From Minutocellus sp. GHC0000111 (lineage: Eukaryota), in the NCBI GenBank assembly GCA_977018835.1, contig OZ361259.1, forward strand, positions 806,001 through 870,000: DNA of 64,000 nt. The letters run 5' to 3'. Of this stretch, positions 12,827-24,720 are shown one piece after another. Both the position numbers and the translations under genes were made by a program. The notes beneath the pieces are model-generated. The model saw nothing but the letters and a program-made list of their open reading frames with translations. It was not told the DNA's origin and did not search any database. Position 1 is the first letter of the stretch, and every line of letters begins with the position of its first letter.

Positions 12827-15110
12827 AAGAAGGCACCAAGGGTGCATTCCCTGGCAGCCTTACCTCTTGGATTCCAGTTTCAGCGAGCAAGTCAAAAACT
12901 CTCTCCACTGTCGTTTTTTGAGCAGAATTTTTGCATGTGCAAAGAAACTTGGTCTCCGGAGGCTCCCATCGGAACGATGTGGACCTCCTCCTCCGTGCCT
13001 CCAACGACAGATCCAGCGCATCTAGCAAACCCGAGGGTGCCTATTGGTAACAGCACCCTCTCCCCAGATGCTCGCCCTTTCTTTGCCCTGAGAGCCAGCG
13101 CCTCCTGTTTTTACCCGCAGAACTCCACCCAGACGCCTGCGCAAAATGCCGAGAAGGACCTCCTCCCTTCCCGGCAGTCAAAGTCATCACACACCTTCAC
13201 TTGCGTCGACCCATGTGCCCAATCGGAACCCGCCACCCACCAGGCCACACGCCGCAAGCCCACCGGCGCACGAGCTTTTCTCCGTTCTGAAAAGATCGAC
13301 ACAATCAATCTGAACGGCATGAAAGTTAGGAAAGGATCATCATCACCATCGTTAGTTACCTCATCATCATCTGAACATTCCACATCGTGCTCGAGCAACT
13401 TTGACCCATCGAACCCGCCGCTAAATGCCCCCGGGCAAGCAGAAGGCAGTGAATGGAAGCTCGATTTTATTGTTGAAACCATGGAGGAGGAGAACACATG
13501 TGCCACCCTCGTCCAAGAAACCTGGAGAACCGGCCCCGAAAGCCCAGAATTCATAAGATCGAAGAACTCAGGCAAATCGTTCCATGTCACATGCAACAGT
13601 GCGTCCGCGGCGACCAATGGCTCCTCCAGAGGGAAAGGTGGCACTGCCATTACCCTGTCCCCCAGAGCACATAAGGACTTCAAACGTGCTGGAGCAAAAG
13701 CAAATTTAGGAGCTGAAGTTGCTGGCTCAGCCCGATTCATCATGCTCAAGATGAAAGATCATGCCGGCGACAGCATGGACGTGGCCCTGTGCTCCGCCTA
13801 TTTCCCTACAGGCGGAAAGCAAGCGGAATTCGACGAGTTTACCCAAGCCCTCTCTGAACATCTAGATTCACTACCAAAATCCGACATCCTTGTCACAGGA
13901 GCTGATGTCAATGCAGCGATCGGAACGAGATCGTCGTGCACAGCGAAACACCTCAAACACCTCAGGAAATGCACAGGGCCCCACGGCCTTGAACGCACAA
14001 ACAACCGCAGTGAATGTGTACTAAATTGGGCCTTCGAGAATAATTTGGCCGCAGCCTCTACTTATTTCAAGCATAAAGATTATGTTACCCATTTCTGTAA
14101 CCTGCAAGCAGATCCCAAATTCCAAAACGACCATTTCTTTGTAAAAAAGCATAATCTCAAAGCTGTCATTGACTCCCGCAAAATCCTTAAGAATTCCCCC
14201 ACCAGCGACCACTTCAAAGTCAGACTTACCATCCGTACCGTAAAAAAGAAAACATCCATGCTGAGAAAGAACCAGAAGAACCGCCGTCGTAAGAACTTCG
14301 TAGCGAAAGAGAACCAACCAGCCCGCCCTGAGAAGAAGAAGAAGCTCAATATCCGAGCCCTTAACAACAAGTCCATCGCTAGAGCATTCTCCGAAGAGCT
14401 CAACAACCGCCTCAAGTCCAGTCACCAAGCAGCTATGCGAGCGCCCCCGTCCACGTCCCCGTCCCCGTCCCAGTCCAGCACCACTGCCCCTCAAGATAAC
14501 CTGCAATCCTTCAAAGCCCTAGCAACCAGCGTTATTACGAACGAAGCAGAGATCGACTACCTAGAATCAGCAATGAAGGAAGCTCTAGAAGCAACAGTAC
14601 CAGAAGCCCCGAAACCGTCCCAGTCCTTCTTCCAAGCACACTCCGAAACACTAATCCCACTTATCAATGCCCAGAAAAAGCCCAGCACTACCAATCCGCA
14701 TCGTCCAAGGAAGCCCGAGCCAATAGATGGAAGAGATATCAAGAAGCAAGAAGTGCGGTGCGATCAGCCCTCGCTTCAGCTCGCGCTAACTGGGCACAAA
14801 CGGAAATTGACAAACTTGAGAATGTGAGCCTCCAGCCTTGGGAGGCCTGGCGAGCTATGATGAGAATCGCTACCGGATGGGAATCCCACCATGAATCAGC
14901 TATGGAAGGCATGTCCCGCACCCTGCCATGCGAGGTTGGCGTCCAACAGGGCGACAACATGGCCCCTCTCCTATTCATTTTCTTCGTAAATGCGTTTGTG
15001 CTGACCCTCGAAAAGGCATGGCCAGTGAGAAAACCATCCTTTCGCGACGGAGCGCCTCTAGGACCCTAGAGATCTTCAGCCCGCCTCCTCACTCAAACGG
15101 CCGATGCAGA
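12827..15110 (+). mobile_element. LINE remnant, copy 1: apurinic-like endonuclease ORF plus an internally deleted RT fragment
   Basis: EN motifs TINLNG, VQETW, SAYFP, GADVNA, DHF, SDH. RT piece GVQQGDNMAPLLFIF at ~14930-15000. Confidence 0.88.
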
Positions 15111-15604
15111 AGAAGGCCAGGACTTTGACCTGTGGAGCCTCGGCAAACCATCAACACAGCCGCCCCGTCTAGTCATCACCCCCGTCTCAACCTCCCTAAT
15201 GTGGAACGGACTGAGTCCGCAACGTCCCCGCAATGACACAACAGTGCCCGTCATCTCCAAGACACATCCAGTCGGAACAGAAACAAGTCTCACACAGCAC
15301 CGTGTCTGAAGCTACGCTGACGGAAGAACACCTTGAAATGTGTGCACAGAACAGTGGTGTGCATGCACATGCGCGTAGTTCGTCCTCCTCAAAAGAATCG
15401 ACCGAGAAAGAGGAGGATCTCTCCTTGGCTCTGACTTGACAGCAATCCACCACGTCGTTGGCGTTGCGACAGGGTCCAGCTCCTTCCACGCAGGTGTTGC
15501 AGTTAGTTGTGGATGGCGACCATCGTTGGGACCACCACCACCACCGTTGCCATTGTTGCCATTGGCACCATCACGATTCTGGTTTCCAGCCTCCAGAGAA
15601 GCAA

Positions 15605-15700
15605 TGGTGGTGGTGTCGTCCCGGTAAACACAGCTTAAATCTGTCTGTCGTAACAAAAAGTTAGAACCAAGTTCGATTTTGAATGGGTAGCCTCATTTGC
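15605..15700 (-). mobile_element. Short retroelement-like 3' end with (ACC)n tail
   Basis: The minus strand reads GGCTACCCATT..GGTTCTA..CAGACAGATTTAAGCTGTGTTTACCGGGACGACACCACCACCA, homologous to 29995-30073. Confidence 0.55.
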
Positions 15701-15756
15701 ATCAGTGAGAACGAATGTCAATGACATAAACTAAAAGTCACAATTATTGTAAACAT

Positions 15757-17105
15757 TGTAGGGCAAGATTGAGTGAGGGTGAGGGGTAAGGACCAGCACA
15801 CGTGTAGACCTACTCGAGGTCACGGTCTCTCCAAGCGTTGGGATTGTTGGCCGGCACAAAGGACCCGCCCTGGTCTGAAATGCGTGCCTTGTTCATCGTC
15901 ATGATCAAGATGCAACTAAAACTAGATAGACCTATCAACTGCTTTTACTTTTACTCTTTCTGCTGAATTACGAAGACAGACTGATGGGTGAAAGATCGCC
16001 CTTAGGCTTGCTTTCACTGTGTTTGGGATCGGTGGTTGCCTGTTGTCACCAAAATGTGACACACATGCAAACTGCGACATGAATCCATGTCGCACAACAC
16101 ACCTAGTTATCTAGCACAAGATCCTAAGGGTCCTGTACTCCAACAGACTGTTCGCCGGCACGAAGCCTTCGAAGGTAGCTGCCAGATTAAGTCTGGCTGA
16201 TTGGCTCCTGGTGTTTCTTCTTGGCACGGGTAGGATGTGCCGCCCAATGCCACACACCAACACAAGCAAGAAGAAGATCTACCACAAACAATCCACTACA
16301 AAGAGACACAACCTAAGATCACACAACAGAAGTCTAGCCCTGGCAAGTTGCATCAACCTAGTGTTCAAAAGAGACCATCCTGCACGGCTTGTCACACTAA
16401 CTCTCTGATGCATTCAACTCTGAATCCGACTGGACACCGTCAGCACTGTCAGCAGTGGCCAATCAACCAGGAAGCAACCATCCTGTCTCTGTGCACCTAC
16501 CCGAACCCAGCACCTTCCATGCAGTGCTGAGACAACCAAGAGAGGCAACACAGGCTTGGTTGAATTCCATTGAAAATCAGAACTCTGAAACCTAACAGAA
16601 ACAAACAACACCTTTCAAACAGAAGACCCCAGACACAATGAATAAGTGACCCCAACCAAGCTCGTCCTAAAAGCCAAGTCCCTAGCCGACAGATCACTTG
16701 ACAAACTCAAGGCTAGAACAGTAGCTAGAGGAGATCTACAGAAAGACAGTGAGTGGCAAGACACATGGAGCGCTTGCATCTTGATGAGAACAGTGAAAAC
16801 GTTCCTAGCCCTGGCCTGTTCCTTCAAGAGAAGAGTGAAACAAGGAGACTTTGTAGGAGCCTACCTGCAAGCCAAGGCCAGAAGGCAAGTTTTTGTAAAA
16901 GATTGGATCAAAGACACAAGGAGCACCGGTGCTTCCCAGACTTATCAAAATGGTTTGAAAGACCTTTACTTCTGAACCGCGGGATTTACGGACTAGCAGC
17001 TAGCGGCAAATTTTGGAATGAGGAGTTCTCAGAATGGCTCAGAGCCGAAGACTTTCATCAATCTACAGCAGACACTACATATTTTGTCAAATGTTACCTG
17101 ACAAC
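15757..17105 (+). mobile_element. Degenerate copia element: probable LTR (~15757-16100) and RT fragment (~16600-17100)
   Basis: TG..CA-bounded segment followed by TAGTTATCTAGCAC (PBS-like). RT motifs LDKLKARTVARGD, QGDFVGAYLQA, IYGLAASGKFW. Confidence 0.75.
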
Positions 17106-17197
17106 CATTTGTGTCTGTACTGGTTGGTGTACTTTGTGGAATCTTGAGTTAAAGTACAAGGCCCTGGCCTCAAAGTAAAAGCAGAGAAAGAGATTGA

Positions 17198-19925
17198 TTC
17201 ATTTCATCATGTTGCAAAGAGTGAAGGTTCTAATTTTACGTGAGGAATCGCCGAAAGGCGAAACACATACAAAAGAGAAGCGTCAGACGGAAACTGCCAG
17301 GTTTGGGCCAATTTCAGGGCAAATGGTCACCCAGTTTAATTTGCTACCCTCCCACCAATTTTCGTAAGGATTAGGGATCGCCTTGATACTGCTAGTACCG
17401 ATCCTATAGGACTCTAGATAGTCTAGAGCCCCTAATCCTGACCCTCTCTGGCTTTTTATGCCTTCATCAGTGCTAGAATGCTTCACAGGCTCAACGATAC
17501 GTCGGTGCCTATGGAACTTCGATTCAGTTTTTTTTATGACCTTCAGAGAGCTTCCATGGCGACAAGCACCATAGAGTTCGTTCCTCGAGTTGATCGTTTT
17601 CTCCGAAATCGTCTCCGAAAGTTCTAATATAGCTAATCGTTCCTTCATGCACAGCCTGCAGGTCCTCTTCCCAAAAGACTTGGCTGCACTAATACGTTCT
17701 CCCACCCGAATTACTTCATATTCCACCATAGCTCTGACATGGTTTCGATCGATTCCTTTCACACCTAATTCCTTGAAATGCTCCCCAAAATGCTCGGCAA
17801 ACGCAGTACTCTTCTTGTCATTATTGACATACTCTACCACCGAAGCTGCATGTTCTTGCTGCCTAATTTTGCACTGACGAGACGAATTTCCAATGTAGGA
17901 GCAATCACAGATCTTACATGTAGCCTTGTAGACCACCGTAGATTCCCTGCAATCACTTACTTCGCCCTTCGGAGCTCCCTCCTTGTTGCATAGGCCGTGG
18001 AAAGGCTTGGTACAGTTGCATGGTTTTGAGTAGTAGTCTCCACTGACGATGCCGTCCATCACCTTACCGACTAGATCGGCCTGTAGCATCTCCCTAAAAT
18101 TGGAATGTTTCGAGTAGGACATCGATATTCTCAGCCAGCCCAGCCCGTGCTTCTTCTTCAACTTATTCAGCACTGCATGCACCGGCCTCTTCCATCTCCT
18201 GCTGAATTTCATACAGCAATAGACTTGTCCGAGCCTTTTCTTCTTCTTCGTCCTTCCACCGTTATCGGCCTGATTGGTGCCCTCCTCCTCCACTCTAGCC
18301 TTCTTTTCCAAATCCCTAATGCGATCGTCGCAGGCTTCGCCGAGCGTTGGAAATTTGACGGAGTACCCCGCCTGCTCAAACGCCTTGGCGTGCTCGCCAT
18401 GTAGCTCGTCGATCGTCATCGTTTCATTCTCGGGGGTGCGGGTGGTGAGCTTGGCTAGTCGCTGGTTGACCCCGTTGGGGATCGCCATGTAACAAGCCTG
18501 GGGGTGTTCGCTGCCACTGTGGAGGTATTTCAGCTGCTGGTTCTCCTTGAGATGGACCTTGAATTGTAGGTCTTGGTCCTTCCACTGCAGCTCCACATCG
18601 AGGAACGGAAAATTCTCCTCGGCGTGGACAGCAGCATCCTCCATCTTGGTGCCGTCCTCCTTCTCAGCTCCCCCTACTACCGCGGTGAATTGCAATCGGT
18701 CGCTGCCTAGGGCTTTGTTGATTGTTCGCTGGAAGTCGTCTCTCCAACTCTTGACCGCTGTTTTGTCCCAATTACTTCTCACCACCATAATGCCGTCGTC
18801 TCGATACATGCCGAGATAGTCGGCCATGCTGAACAGCCTGGGGTTCAGCTCCTTGGCTCTTTCTAGAGCAAAAGCTGCCACCAGATCAGCAAAGAACGCC
18901 GATCCATGTCCTCCAATCGTTAGCCCTCTTTCCTCACTGTCCAAGTCGCCACCATGTTCACAACATTGTCCCTGAAACGTTAGGAATGTGTTGCTCATTG
19001 CAAATTCCACCAATTTCAGCCCAGCATCAACGATCTTCTGATCCTCCTTCTTAATCTTGCCCTTCCTGCAAAAGTAGGTTACTGCCCTTCTCACATGACG
19101 GATGCATTTTGACAGCATCGAAGGATGTGATCGTCTTCTCGTCCTTCTTAATCGCCATCTTTTCAAGTTACGCCTTCAGGTCTGAGGCCTGAATGACAGT
19201 GTTGGCATCACACACCACTCCAAGTTTATCCAGCACATTTTGGATCGCCTTGTGGCCGATCTTATCATGCACAGCCACGAAAATCGTAGCTGGGCAAATG
19301 AGCCTCACCGGACACATATAATTTTTGTCCTTCTTTTTGTGATCCTTTACCAACAATGTAGGTGTCGGCACAGCGGCCGATTTGATCGATTCATTGATCG
19401 CCGCCCTCTCTTCTGTCGACATCATCTCATCCACCTCCGCTAGCAATTTCTTGGCTTGGAGGAAAACCGCTCCGAGCTTGTCCTTGCCTACCACCACTGC
19501 GTCTTTCTTCAGCTCCTCCATCATGGTTTTGCAGTGCACTTCCAAATCCACAGTGACGTGGAAATTCGTCTTGTCCGTCGGGACCGCCACCAGGTTCCTT
19601 TGCTTCTCCAGTTTTTCCAGTAGATCATTCACTTCGTTGGACTTGCGATTACTGACGGCTTTGCGCTGTCTCTCCTTCTTTTCTTTGCGCCTACTTTCGC
19701 TCGTCGTTGTCGCTTCACCCTTCTTCTTTTTCATGTCCTCCTCCACCATCTTCTTGGCCATCGCGATCAGCGTCCTTTCTACCTCCTGGAGGAACGCTTC
19801 GGTGGCCTTGTCGGCCTTTGGGGCCATTCCATTGTGCTCGTTGGGGCGAACGCCCGAGCCCAGTCCAATGTCCTCCTTCCTCAAATCGTCGTCATCGCCG
19901 AAAAACATCGGGTCGACAACACTCT
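17198..19925 (-). mobile_element. Penelope-like retroelement (RT + GIY-YIG endonuclease); 5'-truncated, stop at 19168-19170 and frameshift at ~19095
   Basis: PTDKTN, LLVKDHKK, SFDAVKMHPS, GLTIGG, YRDDG, FPFLD, CNC..C linker, VVYKATC..YIGNSSR (GIY-YIG), INSRNELYGACRH. Confidence 0.93.
17437..17476 (-). ncRNA. Degenerate hammerhead-ribozyme-like core at the PLE 3' end
   Basis: The minus strand reads CTGATGA-A-GGC-ATAAAAA-GCC-A-GAGA-GGGTC. The paralogous tail at ~26020 has GCCAGAAAG. Stem I pairing is not evident. Confidence 0.4.
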
Positions 19926-20086
19926 AGCAAATTTTCTCTTTGGGAAAAAAACACGCGCAGAGTGACGCGCATGTTGCTGGTGAGTCAGAGGACAAAAAGA
20001 CGACCCGAGGCTCTCGGCACAGTGCATGCATTGTGCCAGCGAAGGCGTCCGAGGAAGCCTGCTAGCTGCGTAGCTAGGCGGCGATT

Positions 20087-20775
20087 GTGACGATGCCCAA
20101 AGGGAAGGCGGCGGCGGCTGCTTCTGCAAGTTGCAAGCCATTGAGCAGTCACTTTGGCACGAAGCGCAAGTCGCCCGACGACAAGAAGAAGAGCAGGGCG
20201 CCTGGCAGGCAGAAGAAGAAAGGCCGCGGCGTGTGTAAATCAACTTCGACATCGGCGGTAGCTTCGAGTGTGTCGACTGGCGGGAACAAGAAGAAGTCGG
20301 GTCGGCAACGTGGTGGTGCGAAGAAGCAGCAAGAGCAGCAGCAGCAGAAGCAGGAGGACGAGCAATCGACGCCGAAGGAGACGAAGGCCAGCGCCGGCAA
20401 AAAATCTCGAACTACTTGGGAGAAGAAGCATCCTGGATGTCTACTCAAGGTCCAGACCGACTGGGACAAGAAGGAAGGCCTCGCGCTTGACTCGATCGAG
20501 TGGTGACCCGATCGATCGATGACCTGTGCCAGCACTCCTTTCCCCACCCTGTGCAAGCATTGCTGCGATGACACGGACAAGCGCCAAGCAATTGGTACTG
20601 GCGTTGGGCCAAATAATACTCTCCTCTCCCAAGATGACATTGCATTTGCTGGCGATGTGCTTAAGACACGCCAACCAGTGCTCCACGTGGTGGAAGCATG
20701 GGAAGTTTTGATCAATTTTCACAACACCCCGAAAATTATCACAAGAGTCAAAACAAGGGGTCCTGCCACCTTAAG
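20087..20775 (+). mobile_element. DNA transposon N-terminal fragment and possible element end
   Basis: Lys-rich ORF followed by PFPTLCKHCCDD..KRQ.IG.GVG..LLS (HTH-like). The segment ends at CCTGCCACC-TTAA. Family uncertain. Confidence 0.35.
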
Positions 20776-20854
20776 GTCTCCTTTGAGATTTTCGGTGCTT
20801 TGAATTTTCCAACCGACTTTCTGTCAGTGTGGCGACGCACGATCGCGCAGTGCT

Positions 20855-20915
20855 GACGTACATGTACTACTAGTAGTCTACTAGCTAGCTAGCTACGTAC
20901 GTAGTAGTAGTATAT
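20855..20915. promoter_or_regulatory. TA-rich tract of short palindromes (GTAC/CTAG/TACGTA) upstream of the gene at 21096
   Basis: ACGTACATGTACTACTAGTAGTCTACTAGCTAGCTAGCTACGTACGTAGTAGTAGTA; function is inferred from position only. Confidence 0.4.
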
Positions 20916-21095
20916 TTTAAAAACTCTTTCGAATCGCCAATTTTCACTTGTGGATCAATTTGACAATCCACAATAAAAATGGACTATCTACCACACCTCC
21001 TCACAACTCTGGACTGACTTGCTGTACATCTTTGTGCCACCACAAGCCAATAGGATTCCCAGGCCTACTTTCATTAGCGTGAAGAAATACTCAAG

Positions 21096-22633
21096 ATGAA
21101 GATTAATCAGCTTGCCATATCTTCCTCTGCGCCTCCTCCGTTATCGTTCTCGACACTGTTGTCGCAGCAACTGAGCAAGAGAGTAAACTTGCGCATTTTG
21201 AAAGGGAGTTTGGAATGAAAAGCAACATGGACAAGAAGACGCAGCTTCGTCGCCGTACCGCGGACGGTCCCAATCGCAAAGAACGCATCAAAGAACGCAT
21301 TTATGGTAATTATTACACTGGAAGTTGCCAGAGGCACTATGGTTACCCTTACATGGGAGGATATCCCAGTTTGGAAATGTTTGAGGAGTGCACTGGACTT
21401 TATCAGTCCGAAGAAGATTTTGACCTCCAATGTTCGGACCTTGTTGGTGATGACGGCATGCCCGTGGTAGATTTGACTTTGCTTGCTCAGTCCACCAAGA
21501 AGACTCAGCTTCGTCGCCATACCGCGGACGGTCCCAATCGCAAAGAACGCATCAAAGAACGCATTTATGGTAATTCTTACACTGGAAGTTGCCAGAGGCA
21601 CTATGGTTACCCTTACATGGGAGGATATCCCAGTTTGGAAATGTTTGAGGAGTGCACTGGACTTTATCAGTCCGAAGAAGATTTTGACCTCCAATGTTCG
21701 GACCTTGTTGGTGATGACGGCATGCCCGTGGTAGATTTGACTTTGCTTGCTCAGTCCACCAAGAAGACTCAGCTTCGTCGCCATACCGCGGACGGTCCCA
21801 ATCGCAAAGAACGCATCAAAGAACGCATTTATGGTAATTCTTACACTGGAAGTTGCCAGAGGCACTATGGTTACCCTTACATGGGAGGATATCCCAGTTT
21901 GGAAATGTTTGAGGAGTGCACTGGACTTTATCAGTCCGAGGAAGATTTTGACCTCCAATGTTCGGACCTTGTTGGTGATGACGGCATGCCCGTGGTAGAT
22001 TTGACTTTGCTTGCTCAGTCCACCGAGGACTGTTCAAGCGGTTTTTATGCCCCCGTGACTCCCGTCGGTGACTTGGACAGTTTTGTTCCCAACCTAGCGA
22101 GCAGCACTGGAATTTTTACCTCTCCCATTGGAAGTGGTGAAAATTTTGGAGGAATTTTCTCTACCACTTTTGACCAGAACACAATGCAGATTGTCATGTA
22201 AGTATGTTTGAGGAGCTTTCAAGTTTCTGCTTTGATTTTGAAATGCGAGAAGTCATTGCATTTTTGTGTAGGAGTCAACTTCAATTTTAATGCATCTTTG
22301 ACCTCAATTCTTCATTCCACCTCTTGGCAGGTCTCTTGAGTTCCCTCGTTTTAGTGGTGAAAAGGGAAGAACTACTCTCCAGCTGGTAGGAACAAAATAC
22401 CCGGGTGAGCTTAGCTCTTGTACCTCCTTGTCTATTATCGGAGGAACCGGCTGCTTCGAAAATGTGCACAATGGCCAAGCCATTCGCCGGCCTTACGGTG
22501 CGGGTGCGCAGAAGAAGCAGAACTTCTTCGTGTTCCTCAGGGATATTCTCCTCCAATGAAGTTCTCTATGAACTTATTTTCTGACGAGATTTCGACGTAT
22601 GATGATTGCAATGCCATCATCACTCCTGTATAG
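21096..22633 (+). pseudogene. Secreted protein with three 88-aa repeats and a dirigent/allene-oxide-cyclase-like C-terminus; frameshifts near 21120 and ~22500
   Basis: Signal-like MKINQLAI/FLCASSVIVL. Intron 22198-22330 (GTAAGT..CAG). Exon 2 encodes LSIIGGTGCFENV (GGTG.F motif). Confidence 0.55.
21232..22024 (+). repeat. 264-bp in-frame tandem triplication
   Basis: Units start at 21232, 21496 and 21760 and differ at only a few positions. Confidence 0.97.
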
Positions 22634-22994
22634 CTCTGCCATATCCTTTGATACCGGGAGCTATATCCAAACCAGGGACTTTACACTACCAGGACTAGGA
22701 ACGCAACAAAGCCGAAATTGCATTGTATTGCAACAGTGAATGTTTCTAATTTTGAATGAGAGAGAGCCAATTGAGTTGAGAGACATTTAGAGGGCTTTCA
22801 CCAGAGACCGGCGACAAAATCGCCGTAAATAAATAATCATGTGATTACGCAAGAAATGAATTTTCAAAAATTGCCGTCGCCAGGAAAAACACATCAACTT
22901 GGACATTCCGAAAAAGGCCTGTCTGTCGTTAAAGCCAACGCCGAAGGCTGCAGAAATTTCTAAGTCTTGAGAGAGGCTCGAGGGCGAGAAACAA

Positions 22995-23012
22995 AACCCT
23001 AACCCTAACCCT
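22995..23012 (+). repeat. Interstitial (AACCCT)3 telomere-like tract
   Basis: AACCCTAACCCTAACCCT. Confidence 0.7.
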
Positions 23013-23239
23013 GTTGAGGGTGACTATCCAGGAAGACGGACCAACTCGCACATTCCACAGGGCATGAAGGAAAAATTCAAGGCCATCCTTGACACCAAAT
23101 TTCCTATTGGCCTGGGGGCTACAATGGTGCCTTCCAGTGACGCAAGGGGTGATGACGGTGATGACGCGCCTTCTGCCGCCCTTCTGCCGCCCATCTGCGT
23201 CATCGCCGCAGCGAAAGCACCAGCATTGTGCATTTGGAC

Positions 23240-23432
23240 GGACGTGAATTCACGCCAGAGGTTTACGTAAATCCACGTCTGACTACTGAAAAGAGACGAC
23301 GTGAATTCACGTTTTTTATGTGAATTCACGTCCTGAAATGCTAGTGACTATTGATTTGTTAGTAAAATTTACTAGTACGGTCGACGGACAGATGAACGTG
23401 AATTCACGTTAACGTGAAAAAGCGCGCACTCT
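23240..23432. mobile_element. Probable DNA-transposon terminus with four copies of the palindrome GTGAATTCAC
   Basis: GTGAATTCACG occurs at ~23244, 23301, 23320 and 23398; the segment ends AAAAAGCGCGCACTCT. Confidence 0.45.
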
Positions 23433-23439
23433 ACTCCAC

Positions 23440-23625
23440 GGACTACGTACTACAGACTGCTACGTACACACATACGTCGACAGGATTTACTCGGATTTTG
23501 TCCGAGTTTTTCGTGCGTCCGGGTCCTAGTCTCTAGCTACGTAGTGTAGAGCTACTGTGGTGCGTACATGTAGGTAGCCTACGTACTAGTAGCTAGTACC
23601 GGCCGGTACATGTACATACGTAGCT
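23440..23625. promoter_or_regulatory. TA-rich palindrome tract upstream of the methyltransferase
   Basis: Dense TACGTA, CTAG, GTAC and TACATGTA motifs 55-240 nt before ATG 23680. Confidence 0.4.
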
Positions 23626-23679
23626 TCTCGTGAGGAAACTGCCCTGCCCGGAACATTCTCTTTATACTTTGTAGCAAGA

Positions 23680-24448
23680 ATGGCAAACATTCTGGTTTTG
23701 TTTGGTTTAATTTCCCTTGCCAGCTTTTTTACTACAGTTATTCTCTATATAGAAGTAAGAAGTTGCACGACGCCATCCTCAAGTCTGCCTCGTTTCAATG
23801 TGTACAACAATTGCAAAAACTCTGACATACTGAAAGGCGTCCCGCCTTTCAAACGCCGCGAGGATTTAGGAACGATACTCCAATCCGAGAACATGACAAA
23901 AGGAGTAGAGCTTGGTGTGCAGAAGGGACATTTGACAAAGTCGATTTTGCTATTGTGGTCCTCTGCTGAAGAGCATCTTCTTGTGGATCTCTGGGGACAG
24001 CAAGAGAACTATGTTGACATTGCAAATGTCAACGACGTGGCTCAGGAGCATAATTACCAAGATGCACTCGAAAACACAGTACACTGGGCTGACAAAAGGC
24101 GAATTTGTCGAAACTTCACTACTGTGTGTGCTAATGACGAAGAAGATGAGTACTTTGACTTTGTTTACATTGATGCTAGACATGACTTTATGGGGGTGTA
24201 CGAGGGATCTTGTGAAATGGTGGCCTAAGTTGAAGAAAGGTGGAATCTTTGCAGGTCATGACTATGTAACCCAAGACGATGGCCCGGCACAGACAAGGCA
24301 AGATTGGACAACGAATTTCGACGGCACCAAAGACGAATCTGGAACTGTTGTCAAAGGGGCAGTGGACAAGTTTGCTACTGAAGTATGTCGCCAAGTCACT
24401 GTTTCTTATAGAGAAAGTGGATGGAACACATGGGCCATGAGGAAGTAA
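23680..24448 (+). pseudogene. Type II membrane class I SAM-dependent methyltransferase (Methyltransf_24-like), with a +1 frameshift at ~24203-24205
   Basis: N-terminal TM, then GVELGVQKG, LVDLW, FDFVYIDARHD. Removing one G from GAGGGAT gives YEDLVKWWPKLKKGGIFAGHDY. Confidence 0.82.
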
Positions 24449-24720
24449 ATTTGCGATCCATTTAATTTGGAGACCTTAAAGACTTTAAGTTTTTCACATT
24501 GGCGCAAAAAGTTGGAACGTTGTCAGTAGGGGACCGAAGTACCGGAGACAAATCGTGTGCTAAGGGACTTGTTAACCTACCCTGATTATCATAGAAAACC
24601 TGCCTACTTTTTGAAAACCCACCCGTATCTTTGGCAGGTGGTAAAAAACCTGCCTTTACTGCTTGGTGTTGTTCCAATATGAGGATACTAACCGCTTGCT
24701 ATCGAAGTGAAAGATAAAGT

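Noticed and set aside
17235..17270. TGAGGAATCGCCGAAAGGCGAAAC on the plus strand as a hammerhead
   Set aside because: It has a GAAA-capped stem and GAAAC but lacks the CUGAnGA box, and it is antisense to the PLE.
1310..21958. Long antisense ORFs (1310-1885, 7934-8656, 11643-12566, 13111-13749, 19382-19927, 21107-21958)
   Set aside because: They are shadows of repeats or real genes. TA depletion also removes TAA/TAG stops and inflates spurious ORFs.
21232..22024. 264-bp repeats near RTs as a diversity-generating retroelement template/variable pair
   Set aside because: The units are almost identical without adenine-specific variation, and the RTs here are LINE, PLE and copia types.
2..22633. 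P450 plus dirigent/AOC-like gene as an oxylipin gene cluster
   Set aside because: They are 19 kb apart with unrelated sequence between, no lipoxygenase is present, and both functional calls are tentative.
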